Positions 49,851 through 62,208 of a stretch of 64,000 bases of DNA are shown here, in pieces. Location: positions 7,721-71,720 of the forward strand of contig CAJIZD010000005.1 of the NCBI GenBank assembly GCA_905181795.1, in the 5' to 3' direction. The notes below the pieces were generated by a model, which saw nothing but the letters and a program-made list of their open reading frames with translations, did not search any database and was not told the DNA's origin. Every line of letters starts with the position of its first letter. The first letter of the stretch is position 1. The position numbers were made by a program, and so were the translations under genes. This DNA comes from an uncultured Planktomarina sp. (GTDB lineage Bacteria > Pseudomonadota > Alphaproteobacteria > Puniceispirillales > Marisalimonadaceae).

Positions 49851-50234
49851 ATGGAAAGTGATATTTTTAAAAAAGGTATAGCAAAAAGAAGAAAAGTACT
49901 TGGTGATGAATATGTTGATAAAGCTTTAGCTTCTGCTGACGAACTAGGAGCTGATATGCAAAAACTAGTTACTGAATATGCATGGGGTGAAGTTTGGAAC
50001 AAAGAAAACTTATCTGACAGAGACAGATCACTTGTTAACCTAGGCATGATAGCTGCCCTAAATAGATCTCATGAATTTAAATTACATGTTAGAGGTGCCT
50101 TAAATAATGGTTTATCAAAATTACAAATAAGGGATGTTGTATTACAAATTACTATATATTGTGGCGCCCCTGCAGGATTAGAGTCTCTTAGATTAATTAG
50201 GGAAGTATTTAAAGAAGTTGATGCAGAAAAATAG
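49851..50234 (+). CDS. carboxymuconolactone decarboxylase family protein
   Basis: RRKVLG.EYV, EYAWGEVW, HVRGALNNG and YCGAPAG motifs. Confidence 0.88.
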   Translation: MESDIFKKGIAKRRKVLGDEYVDKALASADELGADMQKLVTEYAWGEVWNKENLSDRDRSLVNLGMIAALNRSHEFKLHVRGALNNGLSKLQIRDVVLQITIYCGAPAGLESLRLIREVFKEVDAEK

Positions 50235-50296
50235 TAATTAAATCCTTTAAATTAAGGTTTAAAATATATGTAATAACTAATTTTTAGTGGATAATC

Positions 50297-51712
50297 ATGG
50301 ACCATAAATTTGATAAAAATGATTTAAGTGAAGTTGAATATTCTTCATTTGATAATAATTTCAAAAGTTTATACGGTCTCACAACTGTTGTTGAAGATGC
50401 AATCAAGTTAACCATTAAGAAAAAAAATAGACAGGGTTTAAAAAAATTAATTGAACCCCTCCATCCCGCTGATCAAGCTGATATGATTGAAAGGCTTTCT
50501 GGTGAAAACTTAAATCTTTTTTTAAACTTATTAGGGAAAGCTCTTGACCCAGAAGTATTAGTTTATTTAGATCATAACGTTCAAGAAAAAGTCATTGACT
50601 TTATTGGGACCAGGGCTTTAGCAAAAGCTATACCTGAATTGCATTCAGACGACGCTATTGAAATTCTTCAAGAACTAGAGGAAAAAGATAGAAAAGTTGT
50701 TATAAAGCAACTTCCTAAAGCTGATAGAATTTTAGTTGAAGAAGCTCTTTCATTTCCAGAATCCTCTGCTGGTAGGTTAATGCAAAGAGAATTCTTAGCT
50801 TTTCCAATTAATTGGACGGTTGGTCAAACTATTGACCATATGAGAACTAAACCTCAGGATGAAGAAGAAAACTTTTATTCAATATATATTGTAGACCCTG
50901 CTCAGAGACTTCTAGGTGTTATTTCTCTTTCAAAGTTATTGTCAGCTAGTAGACCAATTAGACTAAATGACCTAATGCAAACAAATCCAAGAAGTGTAAA
51001 TGTTGATACAGATCAAGAAGAGGTGGCGCTATTATTTCAGCAATATGGTTTAGTAAATATGCCTGTAACAGATGTAGCAAATAGACTGCTGGGTGTAATA
51101 CTCGTAGATGATATAGTAGATGTGATTAATGAAGAGGTTGAAGAAGATCTTCAAGGTTTAGCTGGAGTAAGTGATTTTTCTATAAGATCTTCGTTTTTAG
51201 AAACCGTTAAAGGAAGGTTTTCTTGGCTTATTTTAAATATGTTCACTGCTATTTTGGCTTCATCAGTTATAGGATTATTTCAAGATGAAATAGAAAAACT
51301 AGTTGCTTTAGCTGTATTGATGCCAATTGTTGCATCTATGGGTGGAAATGCTGGAACTCAAACTGTAACCGTAGCAGTAAGAGCGTTAGCTACTAGGCAG
51401 TTAAATTACACTAATTTGCAAAAATTTGTTTTTAAAGAGACATGGGTCGGTCTGGTTAATGGTGTTATATTTGCTTTTTTGTCAGTGTTATTAGCATATT
51501 TATGGTTTGGCGATAAACAGATTGCATTTATTATGGGTTTGGCAATGATAGCAAATCTGTTATTTGCAGGAATTTTGGGTACTTTAATTCCATTAACATT
51601 AGAAAAGTTTAAAATAGACCCTGCAATTTCGAGTTCTGTATTTTTGACTACTGCAACGGATGTCATAGGTTTTTTTACCTTTTTAGGTTTGTCCGCATTG
51701 GTAATTTTATAG
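50297..51712 (+). CDS. mgtE: magnesium transporter
   Basis: HPAD.AD N-domain, CBS pair, MGGNAGTQ and DPAISS..F.TT.TD motifs. Confidence 0.95.
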   Translation: MDHKFDKNDLSEVEYSSFDNNFKSLYGLTTVVEDAIKLTIKKKNRQGLKKLIEPLHPADQADMIERLSGENLNLFLNLLGKALDPEVLVYLDHNVQEKVIDFIGTRALAKAIPELHSDDAIEILQELEEKDRKVVIKQLPKADRILVEEALSFPESSAGRLMQREFLAFPINWTVGQTIDHMRTKPQDEEENFYSIYIVDPAQRLLGVISLSKLLSASRPIRLNDLMQTNPRSVNVDTDQEEVALLFQQYGLVNMPVTDVANRLLGVILVDDIVDVINEEVEEDLQGLAGVSDFSIRSSFLETVKGRFSWLILNMFTAILASSVIGLFQDEIEKLVALAVLMPIVASMGGNAGTQTVTVAVRALATRQLNYTNLQKFVFKETWVGLVNGVIFAFLSVLLAYLWFGDKQIAFIMGLAMIANLLFAGILGTLIPLTLEKFKIDPAISSSVFLTTATDVIGFFTFLGLSALVIL

Positions 51713-51728
51713 ATTTGGACCGATTTCA

Positions 51729-52148
51729 TTGACATATCATTTAAAAAAAATTGCAGTTGGAATAGAGAGTATTGAGAGACTTCGTGTAAGACAGAAAATG
51801 CTTACTGATGCTTATGGAAAAATAATACATACAACTAGAAATATGCCAAAACAAAAGGACCAATTAATTAAGACAGGTTCAATTTTTTGGATTATTAAAA
51901 GAAATGTTTTGGTTAGACAAAAAATATTAGACATAATTTCTGTTATCAGAGACGATGGGACTAAAGGTTGTGAAATTGAGTTAGATATAGATTTAGTGCG
52001 AGTTATCCCAACACCAATGAAACCTTTCCAAGGTTGGAGATATTATATGGCTGATGACATCCCGCCAGATTTAAATTTAAGTAACGAAGATAATGAAGAT
52101 TTACCTGAAAAAATTAATTCTGAGTTAATTAAATTAGGTTTATATTAA
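51729..52148 (+). CDS. DUF1489 family protein
   Basis: HL.K..VG, TRNMPK, GSIFWIIK and PFQGWRY motifs. Confidence 0.85.
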   Translation: MTYHLKKIAVGIESIERLRVRQKMLTDAYGKIIHTTRNMPKQKDQLIKTGSIFWIIKRNVLVRQKILDIISVIRDDGTKGCEIELDIDLVRVIPTPMKPFQGWRYYMADDIPPDLNLSNEDNEDLPEKINSELIKLGLY

Positions 52149-52254
52149 CAACAAAATTGTAAATTCGTATTTGAATTATTATTTATAAAGAAACAGATAA
52201 CACTGTATTAACTTGTCAATTATTATCTTAATACTTTATGGTATTAAACTTTTT

Positions 52255-52389
52255 GAATACGAAATTTGTTAGAAAGAGAATAAATGATTTCTAAAATATT
52301 TAATAGTAAGCTGATTACTTCTGGAATACGAAAATTGTTAGGAACAGAAAATGTGATTTCTAAGATATTTAATCGTAAGCTGATTAGCT
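52255..52389 (+). repeat. imperfect 69-bp tandem duplication over the start of the RND adaptor gene
   Basis: GAATACGAAA.TTGTTAG.AA.AGAA...TGATTTCTAA.ATATTTAAT.GTAAGCTGATTA occurs at 52255 and again at 52324. Confidence 0.85.
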
Positions 52390-53472
52390 TTTATTTTGGT
52401 GTTTTTAGTAAGTCTAATATCTTATAAATATCTTGTATCAACTAAACCACAAGCAGAACCTTTGAAAGTGAAAGAAAAAACTTTCTATGTAAATGTAGTT
52501 AAAGCTAAGAAATCAGATCATTTTCCTACTTCTGATGCATTTGGAAAAATTGTCTCTTCACGAACAGGTGAGCTTCGATTTGGAGTTCTGGAAAAATTGA
52601 ATATATCCCAGATGCTTTCTTAAATGGTTCTTATGTAAAGAATGGACAAGTTTTGGCAAAGCTTGACCAAAAACGTTACCTTCTTGAAATTAAAAGGCTG
52701 AATGTAGAAACTGAAGAATTAGGTAAACAGTTAGATATTCGTAAAGGGCAAGTTAAAAGATATAAATCAATGTTAACAAGAAAAGTTATATCTCAAAATA
52801 AATATGATAATGAATTAATACTTCTTTCAAAAAATAATTCTGATTATATCAGATCTAAAACAATTTTAGAAAAAGCAAAAGAAGATTTATCTGACACTGT
52901 TTTAAAGGCTAAATTTAATGGAAGATTATTTAATGTAAAAATTAATAAAGGTCAGTTTATTTCTAGTAATGAAAAAATAGCTGATATTTTTTCTATTGAT
53001 GATTTAGAAGTTGAATTTGTTGTTCCTGCTAAAGTCTATTCAGAATGCAAAAAATTTAATAGGTAAGTCAATTGAAGTAATTTGGGAAGGTGGAACAGAT
53101 TCTCTAAAAAAAATTACGGCAGTTATTGAAAGAACTGATGGTAAAACTAACGAAGAAGAGGGTGGTGGAAAATTATTTGCTAAAATAAACCAAAACCTTA
53201 ATCAAAATGATTATATCCCTGTAGGAACATTTGTTCGTATAAAATATCCTCAAGGAGATTTTAAAGGATTGTTCAAATTTCCTGAGACTTCTTTATATGG
53301 TGATAAAGTTTATATAGTTGAAAATAAAATTGCCAAAGAAAAACAAGTTTCTCTTAAATATAAAGGTTCTGGATTTGTATTAGTTAAAGGAAATTTTACT
53401 GATGATGATTTAATAATTTCTACACGAATACCAACTAATCTAGATAATAAAAAAGTTTCGGTATTAAACTAA
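52284..53472 (+). CDS. RND efflux periplasmic adaptor (membrane fusion protein), with several probable sequencing frameshifts
   Basis: N-terminal TM, coiled-coil hairpin, L.DT.LKAKFNG lipoyl motif. Fragments 52396..52623, 52653..53066 and 53011..53472 are collinear. Confidence 0.75.
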
Positions 53473-53508
53473 TTAAAAAAGAAAATAAACTTTAAGGTAG
53501 AATTTTAG

Positions 53509-56500
53509 ATGCAATTTAAAGAGTCAGGTTTTTTAAAATTTTTTGTAGAGCATAGAACTTCTGCTAATATTATCATGATTTTGATGATTGTAATTGGACT
53601 TTTATCAATTGGAAGGCTTAATAAGCAGTTTTTTCCAGATTTTGATGTTGAAGTGGTTGCGGTCACCATAGATTGGCCAGGAGCAACTGCTGAAGAGATT
53701 GATCAAAATATTGTTCAGTTATTGGAACCTGAGCTAAGACCTATTTCTGGAGTAAAAGAAGGTTTCTTCAAAATCTGTTGAAGGTTTCGGCATACCCAAA
53801 TTGAGTTTAACTTTGGTTATGATATACAAAAAGGAAGAACAGATATTGAAACGGCTGTTTCTAGGATAAACTTTCCTGAAAAAGCAAATAAACCTAAAAT
53901 AATTGTTGGTGAGTTTTTTGATACAGTTACTAGAATTGTATTATCTGGAGATATTGCGTTATCTCAATTGAGAGAAAAATCGAAAAAGTTAAAAGAAGAA
54001 CTTCTAAATTCTGGAGTAGATAAAGTTGATATTCAGGGCCTCCCTAAGGAAGAAATTTTAATTGAGATTTCTCAGTTTGAAGCAGCAAGGTTAAAGTTAT
54101 CATTCACTCAAATAGCAAATTTAATTAAAGTTGAAACTCAAGACGTATCTGGAGGTAGTTTTGCAGACGGATCGCTTAGAGTTAGGACTGTCGGAGAGAA
54201 AAGACTAGTTGAAACTTTTAAAAAATTAGAGTTAAAGAACTTTAGTTCAGGTGGAAGGATTACACTTGAAGACATAGCACAGATAAAATCAAGTGTTGAA
54301 AAAGGTAGTGTTTTAAAATTTGTAGATGGTAACCCTGCTGTTGAATTATGGGTAAGAAGAAGTAAGACAAGCGATGCCCTTCAAGTTTCTGAAAATGTTG
54401 AGAAGGTAATTGCCAATGCAAAAAACATTATTGGAAATGATATTAAAGTTGAGACATATAATACAGCAGCAAATCTTAATTGAAGAAAGAATTTCTTTAT
54501 TAGTCAAAAATGGGTTAAGCGGCCTTTGTATTGTTTTAGCTGTCCTATTTCTATTTCTTAGTCGTAACACAGCCATTTGGGTGGCCCTAGGAATTCCGAT
54601 AGCCTTTTTAGCAACTTTTGGTGTTATGTTTGTTTCAGGTCAATCAATTAACATGATTTCATTATTTGGGCTTATAATGGCCTTGGGAATTGTTGTTGAT
54701 GATGCAATAGTTGTTGGTGAACACTCTTCTTACTTAAAAACAAAAAGGAAATTAAATAGTACGCAAGCTCCAGTTGTTGCAGCAACTAGAATGTCTATGC
54801 CAGTTATATCCGCTATGCTTACAACAGTAGCAGCATTTATTCCGTTATTTATGGTAAAAGGTGTCATTGGTGAAATAATAGCTGCTATTCCTTGGGTAGT
54901 TTGTGCAGTGTTAGTTGCAAGTTTGATTGAATGTTTTTTAGTTTTACCGGCACATTTAGCTCATTTTGACAAATCAAATAAAGAAGAAGGTAAATTTAGA
55001 TTATGGTTTGATCAAAAATTTAATTCTTTTCAAGAAGGTGTTTTTAGGAAATTTGTTGCATTAACTTTTAACTATCGATACGTAACTTTTATGGTTGCGG
55101 TAGGAATGTTTGTGGTTTCTATAGGCATGATGTCTGGTGGAAGAGTTTTGTTTAGTTTTTTTCCAACGCCTGAAGCTGATATTGTAATGGCCAACTTTAA
55201 AATGCATTCAGGTTCAACGAAATCTCAAACTAAAAAAATGTTAGAAAATATTGAAAAAGGTCTAAATAAAACTTCATCTCAATTTTCTACTTCACCTGGG
55301 TTAGTAAAATTTAAAATGTCTACAATGAGTGGGAGAACATTTATATCAAATGGTGCTGGTTCGGACTCTATTGGCAACGATATTCTTGGTTCTATGGTAG
55401 TTGAGTTAGTAACTGCTGACAAAAGAAAAATAAGAACAAAAGAATTTATTAGAGTTTGGAAACAAAATGTTGAAACAGTATCTGGTCTGGATAAATTTAC
55501 AATTAGATCACCTAGTGGAGGTCCTCCAGGAAGAGACCTTGATGTAAGGTTTCAAGGTAAAAATTTAGATACTTTGAAATTAGCTTCAAATGAATTAATA
55601 GAAATTGCTAGAACAATACCGGGAGCAACTTCTTTAGATGATAATTTAGAATATGGCGTTCAAGAAAAAAATTTAAGCTTAACAAATAAAGGACAATCTT
55701 TAGGGTTGTCTATTTTAGATATTGGTGAACAGGTAAGGTCTGCTATTAATGGAACTATAATTTCTAAATTTCCCAAAGGTGATGAAGAGGTTACGGTACG
55801 TTTAAAATTATCTGAGAGTGAACAACTTACAGATATGATTAAAGATTTAAGAATTATTACACCCACAGGTGTTAGTTTTAAACTAAAGGATATAATTAAA
55901 ATTGATAATAAACTTCCTTTTGCATCTATTAATAGAAAAAATGGTTTTAGAGAGGTAACAATTTCAGGTGATCTTTTCCCTCTTCTTATGAACACCTCTC
56001 AGGCCAGGCAATTTTTAATGGAAAACGGACTACCTGAAATTGCTAAAAAATATAATATTACCTATAGATTTGATGGTAAAGATTTAGAACAAAAAGAAAC
56101 GTTTGCTGATATGGGAACTGGTTCAATAATAGGTTTGTTATTAATCTATTTTATTTTAGCTTGGGTTTTTAAATCTTGGTCAAGGCCATTTTCAATTATG
56201 ATTATGATACCCTTTTTCATTTATAGGTGCAGTTCTAGGTCATTATTTATTGGGCCTAACGATGTCAATATTATCTATGTTTGCTCTTGTTAGCTTTAGC
56301 AGGAATTGTTGTAAACAACTCAATTATTTTGGTATCAACTATTGAAAGAAGATTAGAAGATTTAAAAAATAATGATGAAAACAAAGACAAGGCAAGTGTT
56401 ATCAATGAATCAATAATAACTGGAGTGGTAGATAGATTTAGACCTGTTTTATTAACTTCACTCACTACTATTGGAGGTTTATCAGCACTTATGTTTGAAA

Positions 56501-56655
56501 CATCATTACAAGCTCAATTTTTGATACCAATGGCAGCAACCATCGTCTTTGGTTTAGGCATAACAGCATTGCTTGTTCTTGTTATTGTTCCGGCTATGAT
56601 GGGTATAAGTAATGATTTTTCTAAGTTTATAAGAAGAGTTAGAAATAGAGGATAA
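53509..56655 (+). CDS. RND efflux permease (AcrB/AcrD/AcrF family), with several probable sequencing frameshifts
   Basis: GIVVDDAIVVGE, GIVVNNSIIL and RFRPVLLTSLTT motifs. Collinear fragments total about 1040 aa. Confidence 0.85.
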
Positions 56656-56656
56656 A

Positions 56657-57031
56657 ATGTCAGATATTAAATATATTAGTGAAGCTTCAGAAAAATTTAA
56701 TTTATCAAATGTTAACTTTAATAAAGATGGTTTGTTACCAGTTATTTCTCAGTGTTTACATTCTGGAAAAGTATTAATGATGGCATGGATGAATGAACAT
56801 GCTTTAAGAAAAACAATAGAAACAAATAACATGTATTATTATTCACGTTCTAGATCTAAGCTTTGGAGAAAAGGTGAAACTAGTGGTCATTTTCAAAAGC
56901 TACATAAGCTTAGATTAGATTGTGATGGAGATACTTTGTTGGCCTTAATAGAGCAAACTGGTGCTGCGTGTCATACCGGTGCTGAAAGTTGTTTTTTTAA
57001 AAATTTTGATGATGGAAAAAATGGTAAATGA
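56657..57031 (+). CDS. hisI: phosphoribosyl-AMP cyclohydrolase
   Basis: SRSR..LW.KGETSG, DCDGD and ACHTG..SCF motifs. Confidence 0.95.
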   Translation: MSDIKYISEASEKFNLSNVNFNKDGLLPVISQCLHSGKVLMMAWMNEHALRKTIETNNMYYYSRSRSKLWRKGETSGHFQKLHKLRLDCDGDTLLALIEQTGAACHTGAESCFFKNFDDGKNGK

Positions 57032-57719
57032 AAATAACCCAGGTTCATTTGGAAGTTCTAGAGGTTTATCTAAAAAACCAAAAAAAGATAAAACAAGAAA
57101 ATCATCGAGCACCAGATGGATTGGTAGACAGCTCAATGATCCTTATGTGCTAGAGACACAAAAAAGAGGTTATAAGTCTAGAGCTGCATTTAAACTTTTA
57201 CAAATAAATGAAAAATATAAATTTCTTCATCAAGGATTAACTGTTGTTGATCTTGGGTGTGCCCCGGGTGGTTGGCTTCAAATAGCATCTCAAGAAGTAG
57301 GATCCACAGGAGGCAAGGAGACAGTTGTAGGAGTTGACTTGCTTCCAACTGATGACATTGCTGGTTGTATTTCGATATTAGGGGATATAAGTGAAAAAAG
57401 TATTGGTGATAAGTTGATTAATATCCTTGGCTGTAAACCTAATATTGTTTTATCTGATATGGCAGCCAATACTACAGGACATAGAAAAACAGACCATATA
57501 AGAACTACGTATCTAGTAGAAACAGCCCTAGATTTTGCAATCGAAAATTTAGAAAAAAATGGTGTGTTTTTAGCAAAGTGCTTCAAGGGTGGTGCTGAAA
57601 TTGAGTCTTTATCATTAATGCGAAAATATTTTACAAAGGTAAATCATATTAAGCCTGATGCCAGTAGAAAAGAGTCTGTAGAAGGTTATGTAATAGCTTT
57701 AGGCTTCAAAGGAATTTAA
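57021..57719 (+). CDS. rlmE: 23S rRNA Um2552 methyltransferase
   Basis: SRAAFKL, DLGCAPGGW, SDMA and KP.ASR.ES.E motifs. Confidence 0.92.
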   Translation: MVNENNPGSFGSSRGLSKKPKKDKTRKSSSTRWIGRQLNDPYVLETQKRGYKSRAAFKLLQINEKYKFLHQGLTVVDLGCAPGGWLQIASQEVGSTGGKETVVGVDLLPTDDIAGCISILGDISEKSIGDKLINILGCKPNIVLSDMAANTTGHRKTDHIRTTYLVETALDFAIENLEKNGVFLAKCFKGGAEIESLSLMRKYFTKVNHIKPDASRKESVEGYVIALGFKGI

Positions 57720-57833
57720 TGAAGACTAAAATATCTTTGCATAAAAGAAACAAAAGTATATATATAAAAAGCAACGCATATAAAATTTTTTAGTTACAAT
57801 ATTAACTCAAACCTCCAGCGTTGGAAAAATTAA

Positions 57834-59288
57834 ATGATTATTGAAGCCGCTTATACTTTTGATGATGTTTTATTACAACCCGCACATAGCACTTTTGGTC
57901 CAGCTGATGCAAATGTAAATACATTTATTACTAAAGACATTAAATTAAACATACCTCTCCTCTCTGCTGCCATGGACACTGTAACTGAACATAGTTTGGC
58001 TATTACCATGGCTCAACTGGGTGGGATAGGAGTTTTACATAAAAATTTTACAATAAAAGATCAAGCATCTGAGGTTAAAAAAGTTAAAAAATTTGAAGCT
58101 GGCATGGTAGTTAATCCAGTTACTATTAAACCTGACCAAACACTCGGTGATGCTTTCAAATTAATGGAAAAGTATAAAATAAGTGGCATTCCTGTTGTTG
58201 AAGGTTCTCAAAATAAATTAGTTGGCATTCTTACAAATAGAGATGTGAGATTTGCAAATGATTATAATCAATCAGTTTCAGCACTTATGACTAGAAATGT
58301 TATAACTGTAAAAGAAAATGTTAGTACTGAAGATGCTAGGAAACTTCTTCATACTAACCGTATTGAAAAATTAGTTGTTGTAGATGAAGATAATTTTTGT
58401 GTTGGTTTAATAACAGTAAAAGATATGGAAAAGGCCCAGAATCATCCAGATGCCTGCAAAGATAATCAAGGAAGACTTAGAGTGGCTGCAGCCACAGGTG
58501 TTGGAAAAGATGGAATGACAAGAGCAGAACAATTAATAGATGCAGGTGTTGATGTTTTAATTGTTGATACAGCACATGGTCATAGTGAAATGGTTTTGGA
58601 TACAGTAAGGCAAATAGCAAAATTATCTAATACAGTCGCTTTAATAGGAGGGAATGTTGCTACAGGAGACGCAACCCAAGCATTGATAGATGCAGGCGCA
58701 AACGGAGTTAAAGTTGGAATTGGTCCAGGTTCAATTTGTACAACTAGAATGATTGCCGGTGTTGGGGTTCCTCAATTGACTGCAATAACAGATTGTTCAA
58801 AAGTGGCTAATAAAGCTTCTGTTCCAATTATAGCGGATGGTGGAATTAAGTATTCGGGAGATATTGCTAAAGCAATTGCTGGAGGATCAAGTGCAGTTAT
58901 GGTGGGTTCACTTTTAGCTGGAACTGATGAAACGCCAGGTGAGGTTTTTTTATTTCAAGGTAGATCTTATAAATCATATAGGGGCATGGGCTCATTAGGT
59001 GCAATGGCTAGGGGGTCGGCTGATAGATATTTTCAAGCTGAAATAGAAACCTTGAAATTAGTGCCAGAAGGAATTGAAGGTCAAGTTCCTTACAAAGGGC
59101 CATCTGAAAATGTCATTCATCAATTAGTGGGTGGGTTGAAATCAGCTATGGGTTACACAGGTAATAAGAATATAAAAGAAATGCAGAAAAATTGTGTTTT
59201 TAAAAGAATTAGTAATGCTGGTCTTAGAGAAAGTCATGTTCATGACGTTACTATAACTAGAGAAGCTCCGAATTATCGACCTTCCTAA
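57834..59288 (+). CDS. guaB: IMP dehydrogenase
   Basis: [11 protein letters not shown] pair, [11 protein letters not shown] and YRGMGS motifs. Confidence 0.97.
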   Translation: MIIEAAYTFDDVLLQPAHSTFGPADANVNTFITKDIKLNIPLLSAAMDTVTEHSLAITMAQLGGIGVLHKNFTIKDQASEVKKVKKFEAGMVVNPVTIKPDQTLGDAFKLMEKYKISGIPVVEGSQNKLVGILTNRDVRFANDYNQSVSALMTRNVITVKENVSTEDARKLLHTNRIEKLVVVDEDNFCVGLITVKDMEKAQNHPDACKDNQGRLRVAAATGVGKDGMTRAEQLIDAGVDVLIVDTAHGHSEMVLDTVRQIAKLSNTVALIGGNVATGDATQALIDAGANGVKVGIGPGSICTTRMIAGVGVPQLTAITDCSKVANKASVPIIADGGIKYSGDIAKAIAGGSSAVMVGSLLAGTDETPGEVFLFQGRSYKSYRGMGSLGAMARGSADRYFQAEIETLKLVPEGIEGQVPYKGPSENVIHQLVGGLKSAMGYTGNKNIKEMQKNCVFKRISNAGLRESHVHDVTITREAPNYRPS

Positions 59289-60622
59289 TGTTAGATCAGG
59301 AGCGTATATACTCAATATTAGAACTGTTAAAATTATTTGATAACAGTGATAAGATTGCCAGTAATTTAGTACAAAATTTTTTCCGATCTAGAAAGCATAT
59401 GGGATCTAAAGACAGGAAGTTTGTATCAAGTAGCTTTTGGAACATATTGAGACATAGATCTAAAATTGGATGGCATTTAACTTTACTAGATATTGAAATC
59501 ACAAATGAAAGAGAATTATTTTTAGAGTTATTTTTCTTAAATACACGTTATAAAAATAATTTAATAGAAATAAAAAAATTATTATTATTAAAGCTGAAAG
59601 ACTTTATCAATATTGCTGAAGAAGATTTACATTTTTTGGAAAACTTAAATCTTGCTGGCTTTTACAATAATAAAATGCCTGAACCTGTTTATTATGAGTT
59701 ACCAGAATATTTAATAACAAGTGTAAAAAAAAATTTCCCAAATGATTGGAAAGAAGTTTTATTATCATTAAATAAAGAAGCTTTTTTTGACATTAGAATA
59801 AATAACTTAAAGATAAAATCTCGAGAAGAAATTAAGACTTTATTGCAAGATATAAATGTACCAGTCGAGTACAGTAAATATTCACCTTTAGGAATAAGGC
59901 TTTCAAAAAGGTTTCCAATAGAGGGACATCAACTCTTCAAAAATGGCAATATTGAAATTCAAGGAGAAGCCTCCCAATTAGCTTCGTTACTACTTGATGT
60001 AAAACCTGGAATGTCAGTTGCTGACATCTGCTCAGGAGCAGGAGGAAAGTCTCTTATCTTAGCAGATATCATGAATAATAAGGGAAGAATCTTATCTCTA
60101 GATACTAATAAAAAGAGGTTAGAAAATGCTAGTGTCCGCCTTAAAAGAGCAGGTGTTCATAACGTTGAGAGACGTTTAGTTAAACAAAATTGGAATGTTT
60201 CAGGCTTAGAAAATAAATTTGATTTAGTTTTAATTGATGCACCGTGTTCTGGTATTGGAACATGGTCAAGAAGTCCAGATTCGAGATTTAACTTTGATCA
60301 AAAAAAATTAAATGATTTAATTAAAATTCAATCAGAACTTTTATCAAAGGCATCAATGATGGTTGCTCCTGGTGGAAAATTAGCTTATATTGTTTGTTCT
60401 TTTTTAATAGAAGAGGGGGGTGATCAAATTGAGAAGTTTAAAGAAAATAACAAAATAGAATTTTCTGAAATTAACATGTTTAATATGTGGAACGATACTA
60501 TTTTACCAATGAATGGCATTGAATATCCATTTCAAAGTGATTTAAAGAAAAGCATTTTAATTAATCCAGCTAAATACAATGTAGATGGTTTTTTTATTTC
60601 AATGTTTCAAAGAAGAAGATAA
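59288..60622 (+). CDS. RsmB/NOP-family RNA m5C methyltransferase
   Basis: Q.EASQ, D.CSGAGGK, DAPCSG.G and Y..CS motifs. Sits between guaB and guaA. Confidence 0.88.
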   Translation: MLDQERIYSILELLKLFDNSDKIASNLVQNFFRSRKHMGSKDRKFVSSSFWNILRHRSKIGWHLTLLDIEITNERELFLELFFLNTRYKNNLIEIKKLLLLKLKDFINIAEEDLHFLENLNLAGFYNNKMPEPVYYELPEYLITSVKKNFPNDWKEVLLSLNKEAFFDIRINNLKIKSREEIKTLLQDINVPVEYSKYSPLGIRLSKRFPIEGHQLFKNGNIEIQGEASQLASLLLDVKPGMSVADICSGAGGKSLILADIMNNKGRILSLDTNKKRLENASVRLKRAGVHNVERRLVKQNWNVSGLENKFDLVLIDAPCSGIGTWSRSPDSRFNFDQKKLNDLIKIQSELLSKASMMVAPGGKLAYIVCSFLIEEGGDQIEKFKENNKIEFSEINMFNMWNDTILPMNGIEYPFQSDLKKSILINPAKYNVDGFFISMFQRRR

Positions 60623-60653
60623 TTTAATATGACTTTAGAAAGAAAGAAAATTT

Positions 60654-62208
60654 ATGAGAAATGATGTTGTTTTAATTATAGATTTTGGAAGCCAAGTAAC
60701 ACAATTGATTGCAAGACGTTTGAGAGAATTAAAAGTCTATTGTGAAATACATCCTTACAACAAAATAAATGTCGAATTAAATAATAAGCTCAACCCAAAA
60801 GCAATTATACTTTCAGGTGGGCCAGCAAGTGTATTAGATCATGATGCTCCAAGGCCTCCGGATAGTATATTTGATATGGGCGTCCCTATTTTAGGAATAT
60901 GCTATGGTCAACAAATTATGATGAAGATGTTAGGGGGTAAGGTGACCTCTGGATCTGGCACCTCTGAATTTGGTAAATCGTATGTTAAGCAAAAGAATGG
61001 AAAAATAAAGCTTTTAGATGGATTGTTTGACAAGAACGAAACTGAACAAGTTTGGATGTCTCACGGGGATCATGTTTCGGCTATACCAAGCAACTTTAAA
61101 GTATTTGGTACATCTGAAAATGCACCATTTGCGATAATTGGTGATAATGAAAAACATTTTTATGCTGTTCAATTCCACCCTGAAGTTGTTCATACATTAA
61201 AAGGAAAAATATTAATCAAAAACTTTTTAGATCTAGCTGACATTTCATTTGACTGGACTATGCAGGCTTATAGAGAAAAGGCAATAAATGAAATTAAAAA
61301 TATTGTTGGTGAAAAAAAAGTAATTTGTGCATTATCTGGAGGTGTTGATAGTTCAGTAACTGCAATTTTAATACATAAAGCAATAGGTGAACAACTAACT
61401 TGTATTTATGTTGATAATGGTTTGATGAGAAAAAAAGAAAGTGAAGAAGTGATCAAGCTATACACAGATCATTTTAAACTTAATTTAGTTGCAGTACATG
61501 AAGAAAACCTATTTTTGTCAAATTTAGATGGTATATCTGATCCAGAAGAAAAACGTAAAACTATAGGTAAATTATTCATCGAAGTTTTTGAAAAAGAAGC
61601 TTTAAAAATAGGTGATGTAAGTTTTTTAGCTCAAGGGACCTTGTATCCCGATGTGATTGAAAGTGTAAGTTTTTCTGGAGGACCCTCTGTAACAATTAAG
61701 TCACATCACAATGTAGGTGGTTTGCCAGATATTATGAACCTAAAATTAATAGAACCTCTTAAAGAGTTGTTTAAAGACGAAGTAAGAGCTTAGGTAAGAG
61801 CTTGGTATACCTGATAATTTTATCCAACGTCATCCATTTCCTGGTCCTGGATTGGCCATAAGGTGTCCAGGTGCAATTACAAATGAGAAATTAGACATAT
61901 TAAGGAATGCTGACGCTATTTATATTGACCAGATAAAAAAACATGGTCTTTATAATAAAATATGGCAAGCTTTTGCAGTAATTTTGCCTGTAAAAACGGT
62001 AGGGGTTATGGGTGATTCAAGAACTTACGATTATGTTTGTGCATTACGTGCAGTAACTTCTATTGATGGCATGACTGCTGATTACTATCCTTTTGAACAC
62101 GAATTTTTAAGCGAAACAGCTACTAAAATTATAAATAATGTAAATGGTGTTAATCGTGTAACATACGATATTACATCTAAACCACCTGGTACAATTGAGT
62201 GGGAGTGA
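60654..62208 (+). CDS. guaA: GMP synthase (glutamine-hydrolysing), split by a probable sequencing frameshift near 61790
   Basis: [31 protein letters not shown] and C-terminal KPPGTIEWE motifs. Confidence 0.95.

Noticed and set aside
615-59502. Numerous 60-190 aa ORF-track entries antisense to or nested in long genes (e.g. 615..905, 6577..6885, 28981..29547, 51406..51735)
   Set aside because: They are shadow frames of well-supported genes and show no motifs or ribosome-binding sites.
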